A stretch of 64,000 nt of DNA, taken from assembly GCA_052327205.1 (NCBI GenBank), contig CM126226.1, positions 28,830,001 to 28,894,000 on the forward strand, given 5' to 3'. This document shows positions 1 to 11,971 of this stretch, piece by piece. Source of the stretch: Somniosus microcephalus. Lineage: Eukaryota. The translations under genes and the position numbers were made by a program. Within the stretch, counting starts at the first letter, position 1; each line of letters starts with the position of its first letter. Under the pieces are notes generated by a model. The model did no database searches and was not told where the DNA came from. It saw nothing but the letters and a program-made list of their open reading frames with translations.

Positions 1-3000
1 CTGTGTTTTTGGAGACCTTTTCTGTGTCCAATTTGTGTTCCTGAAGTTTCTGAGCATCACCACGAGGCGAGGACGACCGCTTAAGCTTTTCACGGTCTAT
101 CCTCTCACTTTTCCTTGTGACAGGCTTTTCTGTAATGGTTGTAGTGATTGCTTGAAGTGGAGTCTTTGTTCTTTTACTTTTGGAAGTCTTTTTCTCTTTT
201 AAAGCTATGGAAGGTTCCGTATCTACTTCATTGTCAGAAATCTGTGGATGGCCCTCCGAATGCTCTTCTTTCTGGTTGATATCCAGCTCAACGGTGATAG
301 GAGGACTCTTGTCATCTTTGTGCTCATCTGGTACCACCTCTCTTTGGATAGGTTTGGAGGAGTCTGCATTGAACTCTAGTACTTCAGGTTCTGTATTTGT
401 GCAGATTTCTTGTAGATCAGCTCCCCCTGGAGTTGGTGGTTTGGTATCCAAATAAGAGGGTTGTTTCTGTTCCGTAGCCACTCGATTTGAAGTAACATTT
501 GCATCTAATTGCTTATTTACAACAGGTTCCATTTCTTCACAGGGGCTTACACTAACAATGACAGGTTTCGGTGCATCAGTTGCAGGGGTAGGTTCTGTAC
601 GATTCTCCCCCAAGCTGGAAACTACGTTTTCTGCCACCAATGCTTCATTCGTTGCTTTATTCTGAACTGTTTCCTGCTGTTCAGGAGGTACTGCCTGGGA
701 ATTTGTGATAGGTGGTGGTGGTGGTACTATAGTCCTCAAAAGAGGCATTGTATTCTTTAAATCTGATTCTTTCAATTCAGACACAGGCTCTGGTGTTTTA
801 GGCTGAACTTCTTTCTCAATTTCTCGTCGCTCAAGTTCCTTTGGTTTCTGATCCTTTTCCTTTTCTTTCTGTTGCATACGTGTCAATTCAATGAATCGAC
901 TGTGAAACAAGACTACAGGTTCCTGTATCAGTTCTAGGGTGTTATTGGAGCCATCTACAGATCCCTGCCTTCCAAACAATCTACCAGAAATTACATCCAG
1001 ATCATCTTCCTTCCTTTCAAGGTGCTGTAGGCGTTTTGAATCCTGCTCAAAAATTGAGCTATGCAGGAAACGGGAAGCAAATAGCTCCTGTCTCTCCTGT
1101 TCATCTTCCTTATGGTCTTCTTTCTTTTCATCTATTTTGCCTTCAGAATCTGTTCTAATTTTTTTCTTTTTCATGTACCAAGAGGGAATTGGCCTCGGTG
1201 CTGATTCAACCTTTTCCTTATCTTTATCTTTCCTAAAGCTGGCAAACCTAGAATCCCGATCCAGGAACGACCAATTTTCTTCTCGGGATGAAGAGAGAGA
1301 CTTTGCCCTTTCAAGCAAAGCCTTGGTGTCAGGGGTAATTGTCTTGTCAAGTGCAAATGAGTAGAATTTATTCCTTTCTAGAGAGCTAGACAGCTTTAAG
1401 TCCGATAGCCTATCCTCCCTATTCCGCAGAAATAAAGGTAATCTAGAACTTTCAAAAGATGTTGAAGCTTTAGGTGAATGGGATTTATGTTCATTATCCT
1501 CATCAGAATCAGATGGTACCTCGCCTGGTTCCAGCTCACGCACGGAACGCTTGCGAATGCCGTCTCGCTTTATAATGCTACTGGGAAAGCTAACGTCAGG
1601 TCTGCTTGCATCTGCTTTTAGACGCATTTCCCAACGAGGTGTCTCTTCTTCTGAGCTCTGAGACATTATTTTATTTCTAGCTAAGTCCAGCATTTGTTCT
1701 CGCTTACTTGACTCATAAGCATTGCATTTTAAAGGCTCTTCTCTAACAGGAATTTGAATGGTGGAGTCCAGTTTTGGAGAGTCTTTAGGTTCTTTTGGTA
1801 GCAATGTCTGATGTGGGGAGTCAGAGTTATCATCCTCATCCTGATAAGACAGAATATGTCGAAATCCAGGGGAAAGGACCGTTTTCTCGGAATCTTCACT
1901 CAGTTGACGAGAACTCCTGTAATTTCTTTCTCGCTTCATGCTAATTTCAAAGTCAAACTGATCAGTTTTTCTCCGTTTAACTGGAGGAGAGTCATCTGTG
2001 ACATCCTGAGGTGGCTTCCCCACTTCATGGACCAAACTTCTTCTCTCAAATTCATCTGCATTTTCTTTCCTGGGGCTGTTGTATTTTTCTGATTTTGCCA
2101 TCTCCATTTCCTGTTGCTGTTTAAGCCTGCGGTTCTGCTCCATCTGTTTCCTATAACTTTGAGTGTAATCAATATCAATCCCAAGTTTCTCTTCTACATC
2201 GGCGGTCGGTAATTTCTCATGGGTGGACTTGTGATCATTTGTGTCCTCAGAGGTACCACTGTACTTTCTCTTCTGTTCCTCTCTTTTAATCTCCCCTTCT
2301 CCTGGCATCTCATCAAGGTGTGGAGGCAATGGCTGAAAAACTCCCTTATTCGGAAACTTTGCTGTGTTTAGTTTCTTCAATCCAATTTCTTGAATTTCCA
2401 CTGGTTCTTCAGATGCCTCGCTTAATCTGGATTGTGCTTCTATGCTGGGCCGCAAGCCAATCCCTACAGAAACACTGGCAGACTCCTGTCCTTCTCTGGG
2501 GCTGAATGCTGGAATCAGTTTTTCTTGCTTGACTTTTCTGTGCTCCCTTTTGAGTAATTCTTTCCGCACAGGCCTTCGGTCCAAATCTCCTTCTTTACCC
2601 ACTGTAGGCACTTCTCTCCAGGCTGCCAGCTCAGGTTGCTTTTTTAGGCCTAGGCGCAGTTCCTCTTCCTCTTGACTGCCTCGCTTAACCTCTAACTTCT
2701 GCCTGTCTGTTCTTAAAGTTGGATCTGCAAAACGCCTCTTCCTAGCCTCCAGTTTGTCGATATCCATTGCATTAGGTGCTTCAGGACACGGTTCTGGTTT
2801 GAGGTTCTTTTTATGCTTGGTTTTCACTTCCTTATCCACAACCTCTATTTGGCTGGCAAGCGGTTTCTCTTTTGGCACTTTTGGCCTGGTAGGTTCCAAT
2901 TTTGACAGCTCTGTTTTTGTCTGATCGAGTCGCATTAACTGTACTTTATTCTGTTCTGCAGGCGGAGATTTGACAGCGTCATTCTCTGGCTTGCCTCTTG

Positions 3001-3914
3001 ATTTCTCTATAACAGAGGGCTCAATCACTTTTGCCTCTCTCTCCTTTACACGAGTTAACACCACGCAAGGAATTAAATCCAAACGATTTTTTGAAGCTCC
3101 TTCTTTCTCTGCTTTCTCTTTCCCTTGTTTTATTTTACCCCTCTGTCCATCAGGATTTAGATCCCTATCTATTTCTTGGTCTGTTTCAGAAGATGGGGAA
3201 CTTGGAGACGGAGGTTTCACCTTACGTATTTTGAGCTTCTCAGCTTTCTCTTTCTTATCCAGTTTTTCCACTTCAGATTTTTCAATTTTTTTTGTTCTTT
3301 CCAGTTTCTCAGTCTTTTCTTTTCTTTGGGTCCGTTTGTCAGCTCTTTCAGGTTCAAACAGCCGATCTTTCTCTTTTTCATTTTTGTCATAACGGTCTGG
3401 TCGGATTTTGTCTGGTTTATCAGCTTTATCGTATCGAGGAGGTGACAGTGAGCTGCAGCTACCACTACGGTCTGAGGATCGACTGTATATTCTACGTTCA
3501 GAGTCCATGCTGTCACTCTGATGTCTCTCAGACTGTGCTGGTGATCCACTGCAACTCTGGGCTCTTCTTGAGTGCGTTGGGCTTTGGCTTCGTTCACAAG
3601 TTCGCCTTTCATGATCTCGTTCTCTATCAGATTCGTAACGTTCTCTCTCTCTTTCCCTTTCTCGCTGTCTGTAACTGTACTCCCTTATGTCCTGTTCGTA
3701 TGGATCTCTATAGTCTCTATATTCCCGGGGATCTTCATAATAGCGAGGATCATAATAATCACCCTGGTAAGGATCCCATTCAGCATAAAAATCTCTACTT
3801 CTTGCACGATAATCCCTACGAGGGTCTTCAGGAAATACAGCAGCTGGTCCCCTAACCGCATCGAAGTAAGCACGATCTGCAGGATACTCGTGATATGATC
3901 CCCTCCGATCCTCC
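1..3914 (-). CDS. SPEN: SPEN giant exon 11, 5' part (runs off window start)
   Basis: Acceptor ttaattaacag|GGAG at 3915/3914. Manual translation gives EDRRGSYHEYPADR...YEQDIREYSYRQRERERER, GIDIDYTQSYRKQMEQ, LEPGEVPSDSDED, RNKFYSFALDKTITPDTKALLERAK, PIPSWYMKKKKIRTDSE, LFASRFLHSSIFEQD and YLDTKPPTPG, all recognisable SPEN segments. Spot checks at 1180 and 454 are in frame. It is probably missing from the ORF track because no stop is reached in the window. Confidence 0.97.
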
Positions 3915-3924
3915 CTGTTAATTA

Positions 3925-3962
3925 AAGAAATATACATTAATTCAAGAAATATACATTAATTC
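3925..3962. repeat. Perfect 19-bp tandem duplication next to the exon 11 acceptor
   Basis: AAGAAATATACATTAATTC at 3925-3943 and 3944-3962. Confidence 0.9.
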
Positions 3963-4069
3963 AAATGTCATTTTCTTTTAACAAATCAATGGCTGTATAA
4001 AATTAATTTGTGTCTGTAAGAGAAAGAGAGTGAGAAATTAACGTGAGAAGGGGATTCTTTCAACTTCTA

Positions 4070-4300
4070 TGCTGGCTCAGTGGGGAACTGCACTGCCTGG
4101 GGTGGTACCGAAACCAAAGGTCCCAGATTTGATCCATGGTCTGTTGGCTAATCTCAACTGAAGCATTGCCAGATGCTGCACAATTGAATCCCTTCAGTAG
4201 GTTGTGGGGGGAATCTGTCAATTTTCCTACTCCTGGATCCCAAATGTAAAGTGTGTGTGTGTGGATGATGTTGAGGAGATACTCGGGCTACTGCTTGTAG
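4070..4300 (+). mobile_element. Old degraded tRNA-derived SINE
   Basis: A-box-like TGGCTCAGTGG and a decayed B-box-like segment. Resembles the reverse complement of the relics at ~14330 and ~60230. Confidence 0.45.
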
Positions 4301-5427
4301 CTAAACCTGTAAACCCGATAACGGCGTCAGTTTGATTTGGTTTTTCCTATGGTTTGAAAGGGCAGCATGGCTTCGGTAATATTTGCTCTCGAGAGGATTG
4401 GTAAATTCCCGATTCCAGGAAAAAAAAATCTGAAACGGATGAAAACACAGACTGGCTGGCTCTGGGAACAGAATACACTTGCAAACTGTGGAAAAACTTG
4501 AAGGACTACCCCTAATTTAACCTATATAGCTCAAGGAGCAAAGAACACAACCTCTTTGGCTGAGGACAAGTGAAGTGGCTCAATGCTGAAGTTCTGGTGC
4601 TTTATATGACATAGGAGAAGGAGACTACATGGAGCACTACCTATCTACATCATAACATTTCACGTGCATGATAAGCACAAGGTTTCCCCAGAACCAATAA
4701 AGATAGCCATAACTCCTCAAATGACAAACTCTCATAATTTTATGTTCGTGTAATCAAAACACGGTTTACAGCCTAAGCCAAAGATATTGGGGGTTAATTT
4801 TCTAATTGTTTGTGCGTAACAGGCCCACCCATTACCATTCTAGTCTGAATCAGTCCAACTCATGAAAGAACCAATCCCGAGACAGTCCACGCCCTGCTGA
4901 CCATCCCGTGAGCAGCCAACACCCAGCAAGGCAATCACCTAATGTTCCACAGAAATTGCGCTGATGTAAGGAGCCTCAATCAGTCCTTGCTGACTGAGGA
5001 AAGGCTCGAAGAACGATTCATCTCCAAATCGAATGGGCCACTTTGAAGTTGTGTAATAATTTATTAACTTTTAATACATGCAATCTCTAAATAATTGTTT
5101 AGACTAAATTTATTTTACATTGCTGTGGTTTAAGATTCGAGTCCCATCACTGGGCAACTTTCCTAAAGTTTCTGTCCCGACAATAGAAGACTCTCAGATT
5201 GATGGATACTGGAGTGATTGTTTTGTTTTAAAAACTCATTTGGTCGTAGCTGCATTATGCCAAGTATGCTTATCAATGGAGTTTAAAATGTTACTGGTAT
5301 ATGAGTGGGGCCAGTTAGACACCCAGCTGAAAAAGGCTTTATGGAGTTTTTAGTTTTAAATAATGCTATGAAATAAAAGCAACAAGTATATTATGCAGAA
5401 AACCATTTCCTTTCCTCAGACTGTATG

Positions 5428-6172
5428 GAGGAGAAATTCGGTATCGCCCTGTTTGGGGGCGGTAACTTTTGAAAGCTGGGAAACTTAGCGCCAGGCGCTA
5501 ATGATTCCCAGCTTTTTCTAAATTCGGTGTTTGTGCTCCAGGAAGGAAGTGGAGTGCTAAATCAAGCGCTCCACTTCCTTCCTGGAGCACTAAAGGACGC
5601 AGGCGGGGCAGTAGTGGTGCAGCGCTACACAACGTCCCGTGCAGCACTGCCGCGATCCAAGACTCCTTCCCTCCCTTAAAAGGAAGGGCCATCGCTGCAG
5701 CCTCTGCATTGGGACCAGTTAGCTGGACCCTGACGGCAGCCGCGATCCGGCCTGATCAGCGCCATGCACTCCAGCAGAGTGCCGGGCTGATCGATCGCGT
5801 TGCAAGAGAATTGAAAAAAATTGAAAAAAAGCATTTTAGAAATGTTCCTACTTACCTCGGCAACCTCCCCTTTAACTTCCGCCCCCGAAGCGCCCGGCCT
5901 CCCGAACAACGCCTCCTGCAGCTGTCGGTGTTTTCGCCTGGCGATGCTGCAGGGGGCGGAACCGAAGTTTGGGTCCGGGGTGCTACTGGGGCGATGCGCA
6001 CGGCAATGACGTTACGATCTCTGGGCGCAGGAGATCGAGGTGCAAAGTGTTACTGCTGCCACAAACCTCCCAGCCAAGTTAGCGGGAGTCCTTCATCTCG
6101 CCGTGCCTGGGCGTAAGTCGTTAGTGCCCTGTTATCGCTCCCCGGGGGCGCTAGCCTACTAAATTTCTCCAC
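5428..6172. mobile_element. GC-rich non-autonomous DNA transposon (MITE, possibly PIF/Harbinger-like)
   Basis: Terminal inverted repeats GAGGAGAAATT / AATTTCTCCAC, TATG on both flanks, and an abrupt CpG-rich island in an AT-rich intron. Confidence 0.75.
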
Positions 6173-6380
6173 TATGTGTTCATTTAATTTACAAGTCACG
6201 ATTGCTCATATGTTTGCCTGACAAAGTTAACTGAAATTCCTGGATTAAACAGTTGAAACAAATGAACCAAAAACATCAAACATAGTCCATGCATTTAGTA
6301 ATTCTACAATGAAAGACTAACACTTTGACACTATAGTTCTTATCATTCAAGAAGCCTTTTAAAATAACATTTTCACTTGC

Positions 6381-6481
6381 CTTCTCTCAGCAAAGATTTC
6401 ATATAAATCTCTGATGTCCTGCCCAGAGACTTCCATAGAACGATAAAATGCCAGCTGACTCTCACGGTTTGCAAAATCCAC
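6381..6481 (-). CDS. SPEN: SPEN exon 10 (101 nt; VDFANRESQLAFYRSMEVSGQDIRDLYEIFAER), GC donor
   Basis: Acceptor cttgtag|GTG and donor AAG|gcaagt. The phase-2 end matches the exon 11 start. Confidence 0.95.
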
Positions 6482-7021
6482 CTACAAGGAAGAAGTCTCA
6501 TTGTTAGACATTAAAAGCTGAGGCAACACTTACTAAACAAGGAAAAACATACAATAACAACTGGATATTTGACTGCAAAGTTGAACTGGCAGCAAATGGT
6601 GTTGTTTTACATGCTTCTGGGTTTGCAAGGCATTAAACTGTTTTTCCAGTTTGCTTGCCAACCACAATACCACTTTGAACTGCAGGATGCCAATAGAGTG
6701 TGCTTTTTAACATTGCAAAATGCCAATTTAAACTTGCTGGGTATTTTCTTCAGATTTTAACCTTACAATCCCCTTCAATACGTGCTACTATTTCATGCTC
6801 TGGTTTTGCACAGAATGCATCTTGTACTTTGTCTCATGCAATGCCATGGAATTGGGGGAGGGGTGGGAAGGGATGTGTGTGCATGTGTGTGTGAGAAAAT
6901 AGGGAACACTGCTGTATACATGTACCTGTGCAGAGAGAGAGAGAGAGAAAGAGAGGATATAGAAGAGTGAAGAGAACAAGAAGTGCACTGTTAGTATCCC
7001 CATGAAGTCTCTCATACTAAC

Positions 7022-7135
7022 CTTTATTCTATTTCCTCCAATCTTCCTGCCCTTGGTCTCCTGCACCGCTGTTTGTGCACATTCAATTTCATCGTACAAC
7101 ACCAGAGCCATTCCTTTCTGACGATCCAACACAAT
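7022..7135 (-). CDS. SPEN: SPEN exon 9 (114 nt; RRM4, IVLDRQKGMALVLYDEIECAQTAVQETKGRKIGGNRIK)
   Basis: Acceptor gacag|ATT and donor AAG|gttagt. Lies within ORF 6788..7270. Confidence 0.97.
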
Positions 7136-7205
7136 CTGTCCCAGGAGGTAAAGAAAGAAGTCAGCTAGTTCCCTGAACAGGAATGGCAAGTAACTGATCG
7201 ATATA

Positions 7206-7527
7206 CAGCAGAACCCCTCTAGAACACTGTCTTGGAGATCCACACAAATGTGTATCATGAGAAGGGGCAAGTTATAGAGGTGGTGTTTGATATAATTTGC
7301 CTGTAAGTAAGAGAGCCTTAAATAGAGTGGGCTATCAGAGGTCTTATCAATAGAGATTATAGTGAAGGATGTACTATAAAAAGCAGGTTTTATACAGCTT
7401 GTCCATCAGTGAGGAACCTGAAGCAAAATCTATTATTAGAGAGGAAGTGTATCAGAGAGTGATATAGCGAATGGCAGGTTGATAGAAGGGTTGTAGATAT
7501 AGAATATGCTATATTGAGGAGTTAGTG
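7206..7527. mobile_element. Degraded Tc1/mariner (pogo/Tigger-like) MITE
   Basis: TA|CAGCAGAACCCCTC ... GAGGAGTTAGTG|TA, with internal reiterated TATAGAGG-like motifs. Confidence 0.45.
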
Positions 7528-7889
7528 TACAATGTTAGTGCTTTCATTTATCTTTTCAAACCTTTAAAAGAGCAGCTGAAGTGAAGAATAGATTTTTGAA
7601 TAAGACTCAAACATACTAGTTGTTTGATTCAATGTCCTTTTTATAAAACTATTTAGAACCATTCGATGATTATTACTGTTCCAACTGCCAGTTTTAAAAC
7701 TTACAATGCTGATAGCCAAGACCATGGCCCTCTGACATCACCCAACACAGATTATAGCACAAACAGTGGCTCTTTATTGCCAATATTAACGTTCAGCTCC
7801 ACGTACCCACTTCAAACTATGAAATGGATCGATGACTAGCAGCTTTCATGCTGCATAGGAGGATCTGGATTACTTTTTGGCACAAAACA

Positions 7890-8075
7890 ACAACATTGTT
7901 GGAAATAGACAGCAGGTCAATCAACATCTGAAAGAGAAAAGACAGCTCAATGCTTCAGGTGGGAGCCTTCATTAGAAGTGAACTTGGAGGAAGGACCTGC
8001 ACCCAAAACATTGAACTGCTGTATTTCCAACGTCTTCTGTTTTCATTTCAGATTCCCAGTATTTGTGCTGTTCTT
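7890..8075. mobile_element. Degraded palindromic Penelope-terminus relic
   Basis: Inverted halves similar to the 48320-48522 element (TGGAAATA..CAGCAGGTCA..CATCTG / TATTTCCA..TTTCAGATT). Confidence 0.55.
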
Positions 8076-8517
8076 TTTTGAAATGTGAAAAATGAGGAGA
8101 AATAATATGAAAGAGACTGTTTTGAGGGTGACATCACAGAGGCAGACAGGCCAATCTGCTTTCAACATTCTACTGTTTAAACTGGCCAAAGAAGTAAATA
8201 TAATCTGATAATGGAACTAAACGGTTTAAAAACAGGAATTGCAATCTCAAACAAAAAGATCATATTTAAGTCTTATAATTAAAATGTTATTTTTCACTGT
8301 TGGTTCTTTAAAGGTAGTATATAAAGTTGAAAGCTAACTAGATCAGTATGCCCTCAGCTAGGCACTGAATGCCATTTGCTCTCATCAGAACATGAAATGT
8401 ATAGACGGAATATTTTGAAGGGGAAAATTGAAAATCAAAAATTTGCTCAATATCCTCTTGCTGCCAGCTGTTAATAAGTTGCTAAATGTAAATGAATGGC
8501 TGCAACAAGGCACTTAC

Positions 8518-8631
8518 TTTGAGCACAGGTCCATAACGACAGAAATGTCTGGACAAGTATTGTTCAGTAATGTTTGAAGACAGGCCATCCAGCCATACAC
8601 AGTTAGTTGGCATGCTCTTTCCAAATCCCAG
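8518..8631 (-). CDS. SPEN: SPEN exon 8 (114 nt; LGFGKSMPTNCVWLDGLSSNITEQYLSRHFCRYGPVLK)
   Basis: Acceptor ttctccag|CTG and donor AAA|gtaagt; manual translation. Confidence 0.97.
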
Positions 8632-10348
8632 CTGGAGAAAGAGAGAGAAAGAGAGAACAGGTGTATTTTAACTGTAACAAAACTTACTGACCTGAATGCA
8701 ATAAAACTAAGCTATATTACAGATTTTCACATATGTTAACAAAATCTACTTAACTGGCTCACCTCCAAAATTTACAACTAATACTACTAGTCATCATTGC
8801 AACACAGAATACACTATCTGAAAATCTTCACTGGAGATAATTGGTATAGAAACATGATGCAAATCTATACATAATTTATATTGTTTTATGAACATCTTAT
8901 TCATCTCACTTTCTTTCAGGTATCTTTGGATCATTCATTATTTAACAGCTGAAACAGAGCCTCAGCATTTCAATGTTCTTCTGGAACTGGCCTTTAGGAA
9001 GTGTATAAGTACGTAGATTGGGGTGACAATCCAAATTTCCTCATTCCATTTGGGGATGTGTTATTCCTTTCCACCAGAGCTGAAATAATTGCTCACAAAG
9101 CATTGACACAAAACTACATTCTATAATGCCAGGACATGATGTCCTGAAGCATTAACATGGTGCTTACAATATGTTCTGAAGAACATGCAACAGTCTAATC
9201 TGAAAATATTTTTACATTTGTACAGAAGACCAATGCAGGTCTAATAGGATAAATGGCAGTCATTTATGTAAATGCAATGACGCTAAGGGGGTCACGCAAA
9301 TTGTTTTTGTAGTTGCAGTCAATTCTACTTCAGGAAATACTTGATTCCCATTTCTGTTAAGTGAATAGTAATTGAAAAATCAATTAAATATTTTTGGTCT
9401 ATGCTTCTTGTATTCATTTGGACTAACTGGATTTTAACTGAACATTCTTATTAAGTAATTGCTCTATCCAGATTCCATATTAGCATAATTATAGCCCAAC
9501 TTGTAGTTACTTTCTGTGTAATACATTGCATTGACGAGATAGTCTTACCCAGGTTCACCAGTTAAAGTAACACAAAATGCGCATCACATTGATGAGCCTT
9601 TGCTTTCAATTGCAATTACAAAATGCAAGAAAGGGCACTGCGCCATGTTGTAGGACATGGATTCTTCCTCCATGATTCCCCACATAGTGAGCTCCCAATC
9701 TCAGCCGAACCACCAGTCAGGAAAAAAAGCAATTTTCCAAATGGAAGTGGGAGAAATTGAAGCATGAATTGACTGGGATCGCTCTAGTACATTATGAATT
9801 AGGTGCTTCAACCGCAGAGGCCTGGGAGAAATTCATCTGCCAGTTCACTTAGTCAAGGATGACATATGGGAGAAAAATAATTTGCAGGGGAGGGGAAAAT
9901 AGAACAGACCAATTCTACAACCTAGATCAACGGATTCTCAATCAGGAGAGGCCAGTCTCAGGTGACATTTGCACTTGGGCTTCCCCAGAGCTCAGCTCAA
10001 CTTTGTTTGTCTCAACCCCATCTGAGAGAGGAACAGTGATGTTTGCCTTCACACACTGCTCAATCACAGCCCAGGTAGGTCGACCAAAGACAGCACCAAT
10101 TACATCCACAGAAACATCTGCAGGTTGGACACTCTACCTAACATGCCAAGGAGAACAATGTAAAACTTGGAGGGAGGAAAGAGAAAAGTAACTCAAGAAA
10201 ACAGAGGGGAATATTACAAAAGTAAAGTTACAACAAAAAACAGTATACAAGAAATTGTTCAACAGAAAATTCTTACTAATATTTCACTGTGAATTCCTGA
10301 TAAGTGAATATTCCTGATAAGCAAATGACTGTATTTCTCCTTCCTGAC

Positions 10349-10474
10349 CTTGAGCCGATTATTTCCTAAGTACTCTCCGTCCATTTTCTTGATGGCTTTG
10401 CAGACACTTGCAATGTCACAGTACTGTAGGAAGGCGTATTGAGGAACCCCATTTACCTTCTTGATGTCAATATC
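10349..10474 (-). CDS. SPEN: SPEN exon 7 (126 nt; RRM3, DIDIKKVNGVPQYAFLQYCDIASVCKAIKKMDGEYLGNNRLK)
   Basis: Acceptor tgacag|GAT and donor AAG|gtcagg; manual translation. Confidence 0.97.
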
Positions 10475-11819
10475 CTGTCATTTTAAATAAAAAAGACAAT
10501 AGCATGGACTTTGAACTCTGTGTGACGGTGTCATCACAAACATATTCTTTCCCAATTTGAAAGATTTCTATTTTAATTATTTTCTTCTTTTTGCTTTTCC
10601 CATTAAAATCAAATGGGGCAGTGAAAGTAATTTTTCACTTTAGTTTAAACATTTCATATTTGTTTTTATGTGGAAAAATAGTGTGCCACATTAACCCATT
10701 GTAATTTACATTAGGGTCTGAGGGAGCAGCAAGGAGAAATTAGAAGATTATTTGAGGAAATACAGGGCTATACTTTATGGTAAGGGGGAAATCATGTCCA
10801 AAAATATCGAGACGCCTGCTTGGACAACATATTCACTATGTCTTTTCCCAGTCGGTTTCTGTTCTGTTCATTTGAGCAAGGGTCAGCCTCATTCCTCCTC
10901 ATGGATGGTGGTGCTTGAACTTATGTCAAAGACTCGGTACCAGTTAGGACTTAAACTCAAACTACTCCAATTCTTTGATCCACGAGCCAGTTATGCTATC
11001 ATTTGGAAACAGAGCACTTCACATTTCTGGTGCAATTCAGTTTGTAAATGATGCCCCAAGTTTTAATGAAGCAAACTGTACCAGGTCAGTGGCCATTAGT
11101 ATTTTGTAGAATCCATTTTGTGTGAAACAAGGATGAACTGGGAATCATCATAGGCTCTTCAAAATCTCTGCTGCCCATATCCTATCCCATACCAAGTCCC
11201 ACTCACCCATTAAGCCCATCCCTCCCTCACCTACGTTAGCTCCCGGACCCCAAATGCCTCCAATTTAAAATTCTCAACCTTATGTTTAAATCCCTTCATG
11301 GCCTTACCCGTCCTTTTCTACCCTTCTAGGTCCTATCAATTAATCAGGCTGGTTGATCAATCCTCAACAGTGCCCTGGAATACTGCAGACCTGCCCAGCT
11401 CAGGTATCTGGAATCTGCCAGAGAGTTGACTCCGTTTCGATCTTCCATCATCGGGCACATCGTCTTGGAATCAACTCGACCTTGCTTACCACTTTTGCCC
11501 ACCCCCAGGGAGGAGTCACTAGGTGGTCATTAGATAATCGGAATGAAGACAATACAAAACAAACAACAAATGTAGGTTATTCACCAAGAAAAAAAGAGAT
11601 GAAATACAAATCACAAAAGTTGTGCAATGAGGTAATGTTCTGCACAAGGCCTTGCCCTGCAAAAATTCTGAAAGATAATCAAGATGATGGATAACCAGAA
11701 TGTGGATAATGGATGCCTTAAAAAAAAGTTTAAATCATTTACACTTCCAAGTCGAGAGGTTCCTAGAAAGCATGAAATCCTGTCATCTCAATAATGACTA
11801 ACCCAAGCAGCGTACATAC

Positions 11820-11971
11820 CACAATCTCCCCAAAGCGTTCAAAGATGTTTCGAAGATCTCCATAGGTTGTGGTTTTCTCCAAGTTTCCAATAAATAATGT
11901 TCTTGTGGCCTTGGGATGAAACTCATCTATTCGGTCATCCAGTGGTCGAAATTCATTCTCACTTTCCGTTT
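11820..11971 (-). CDS. SPEN: SPEN exon 6 (152 nt; ETESENEFRPLDDRIDEFHPKATRTLFIGNLEKTTTYGDLRNIFERFGEIV)
   Basis: Acceptor cttgcag|AAA and donor GTG|gtatgt. Lies within ORF 11763..12008. Confidence 0.97.

Noticed and set aside
180-3898. Many plus-strand and off-frame ORFs over exon 11
   Set aside because: They are antisense or alternative-frame shadows of the K/E/R/S-rich SPEN frame, with no independent protein features.
5498-6116. ORFs of up to 135 aa in the GC-rich island
   Set aside because: They lie inside a TIR-bounded MITE, high GC explains their length, and no transposase motif is visible.
10289-10320. Short imperfect duplication GTGAA(TA)TTCCTGATAA near the exon 7 donor
   Set aside because: Too short; consistent with ordinary slippage.
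11345-11720. Possible Tigger-like relic (repeated GGATAA motifs)
   Set aside because: No clear TIR pair or TA duplication could be defined.
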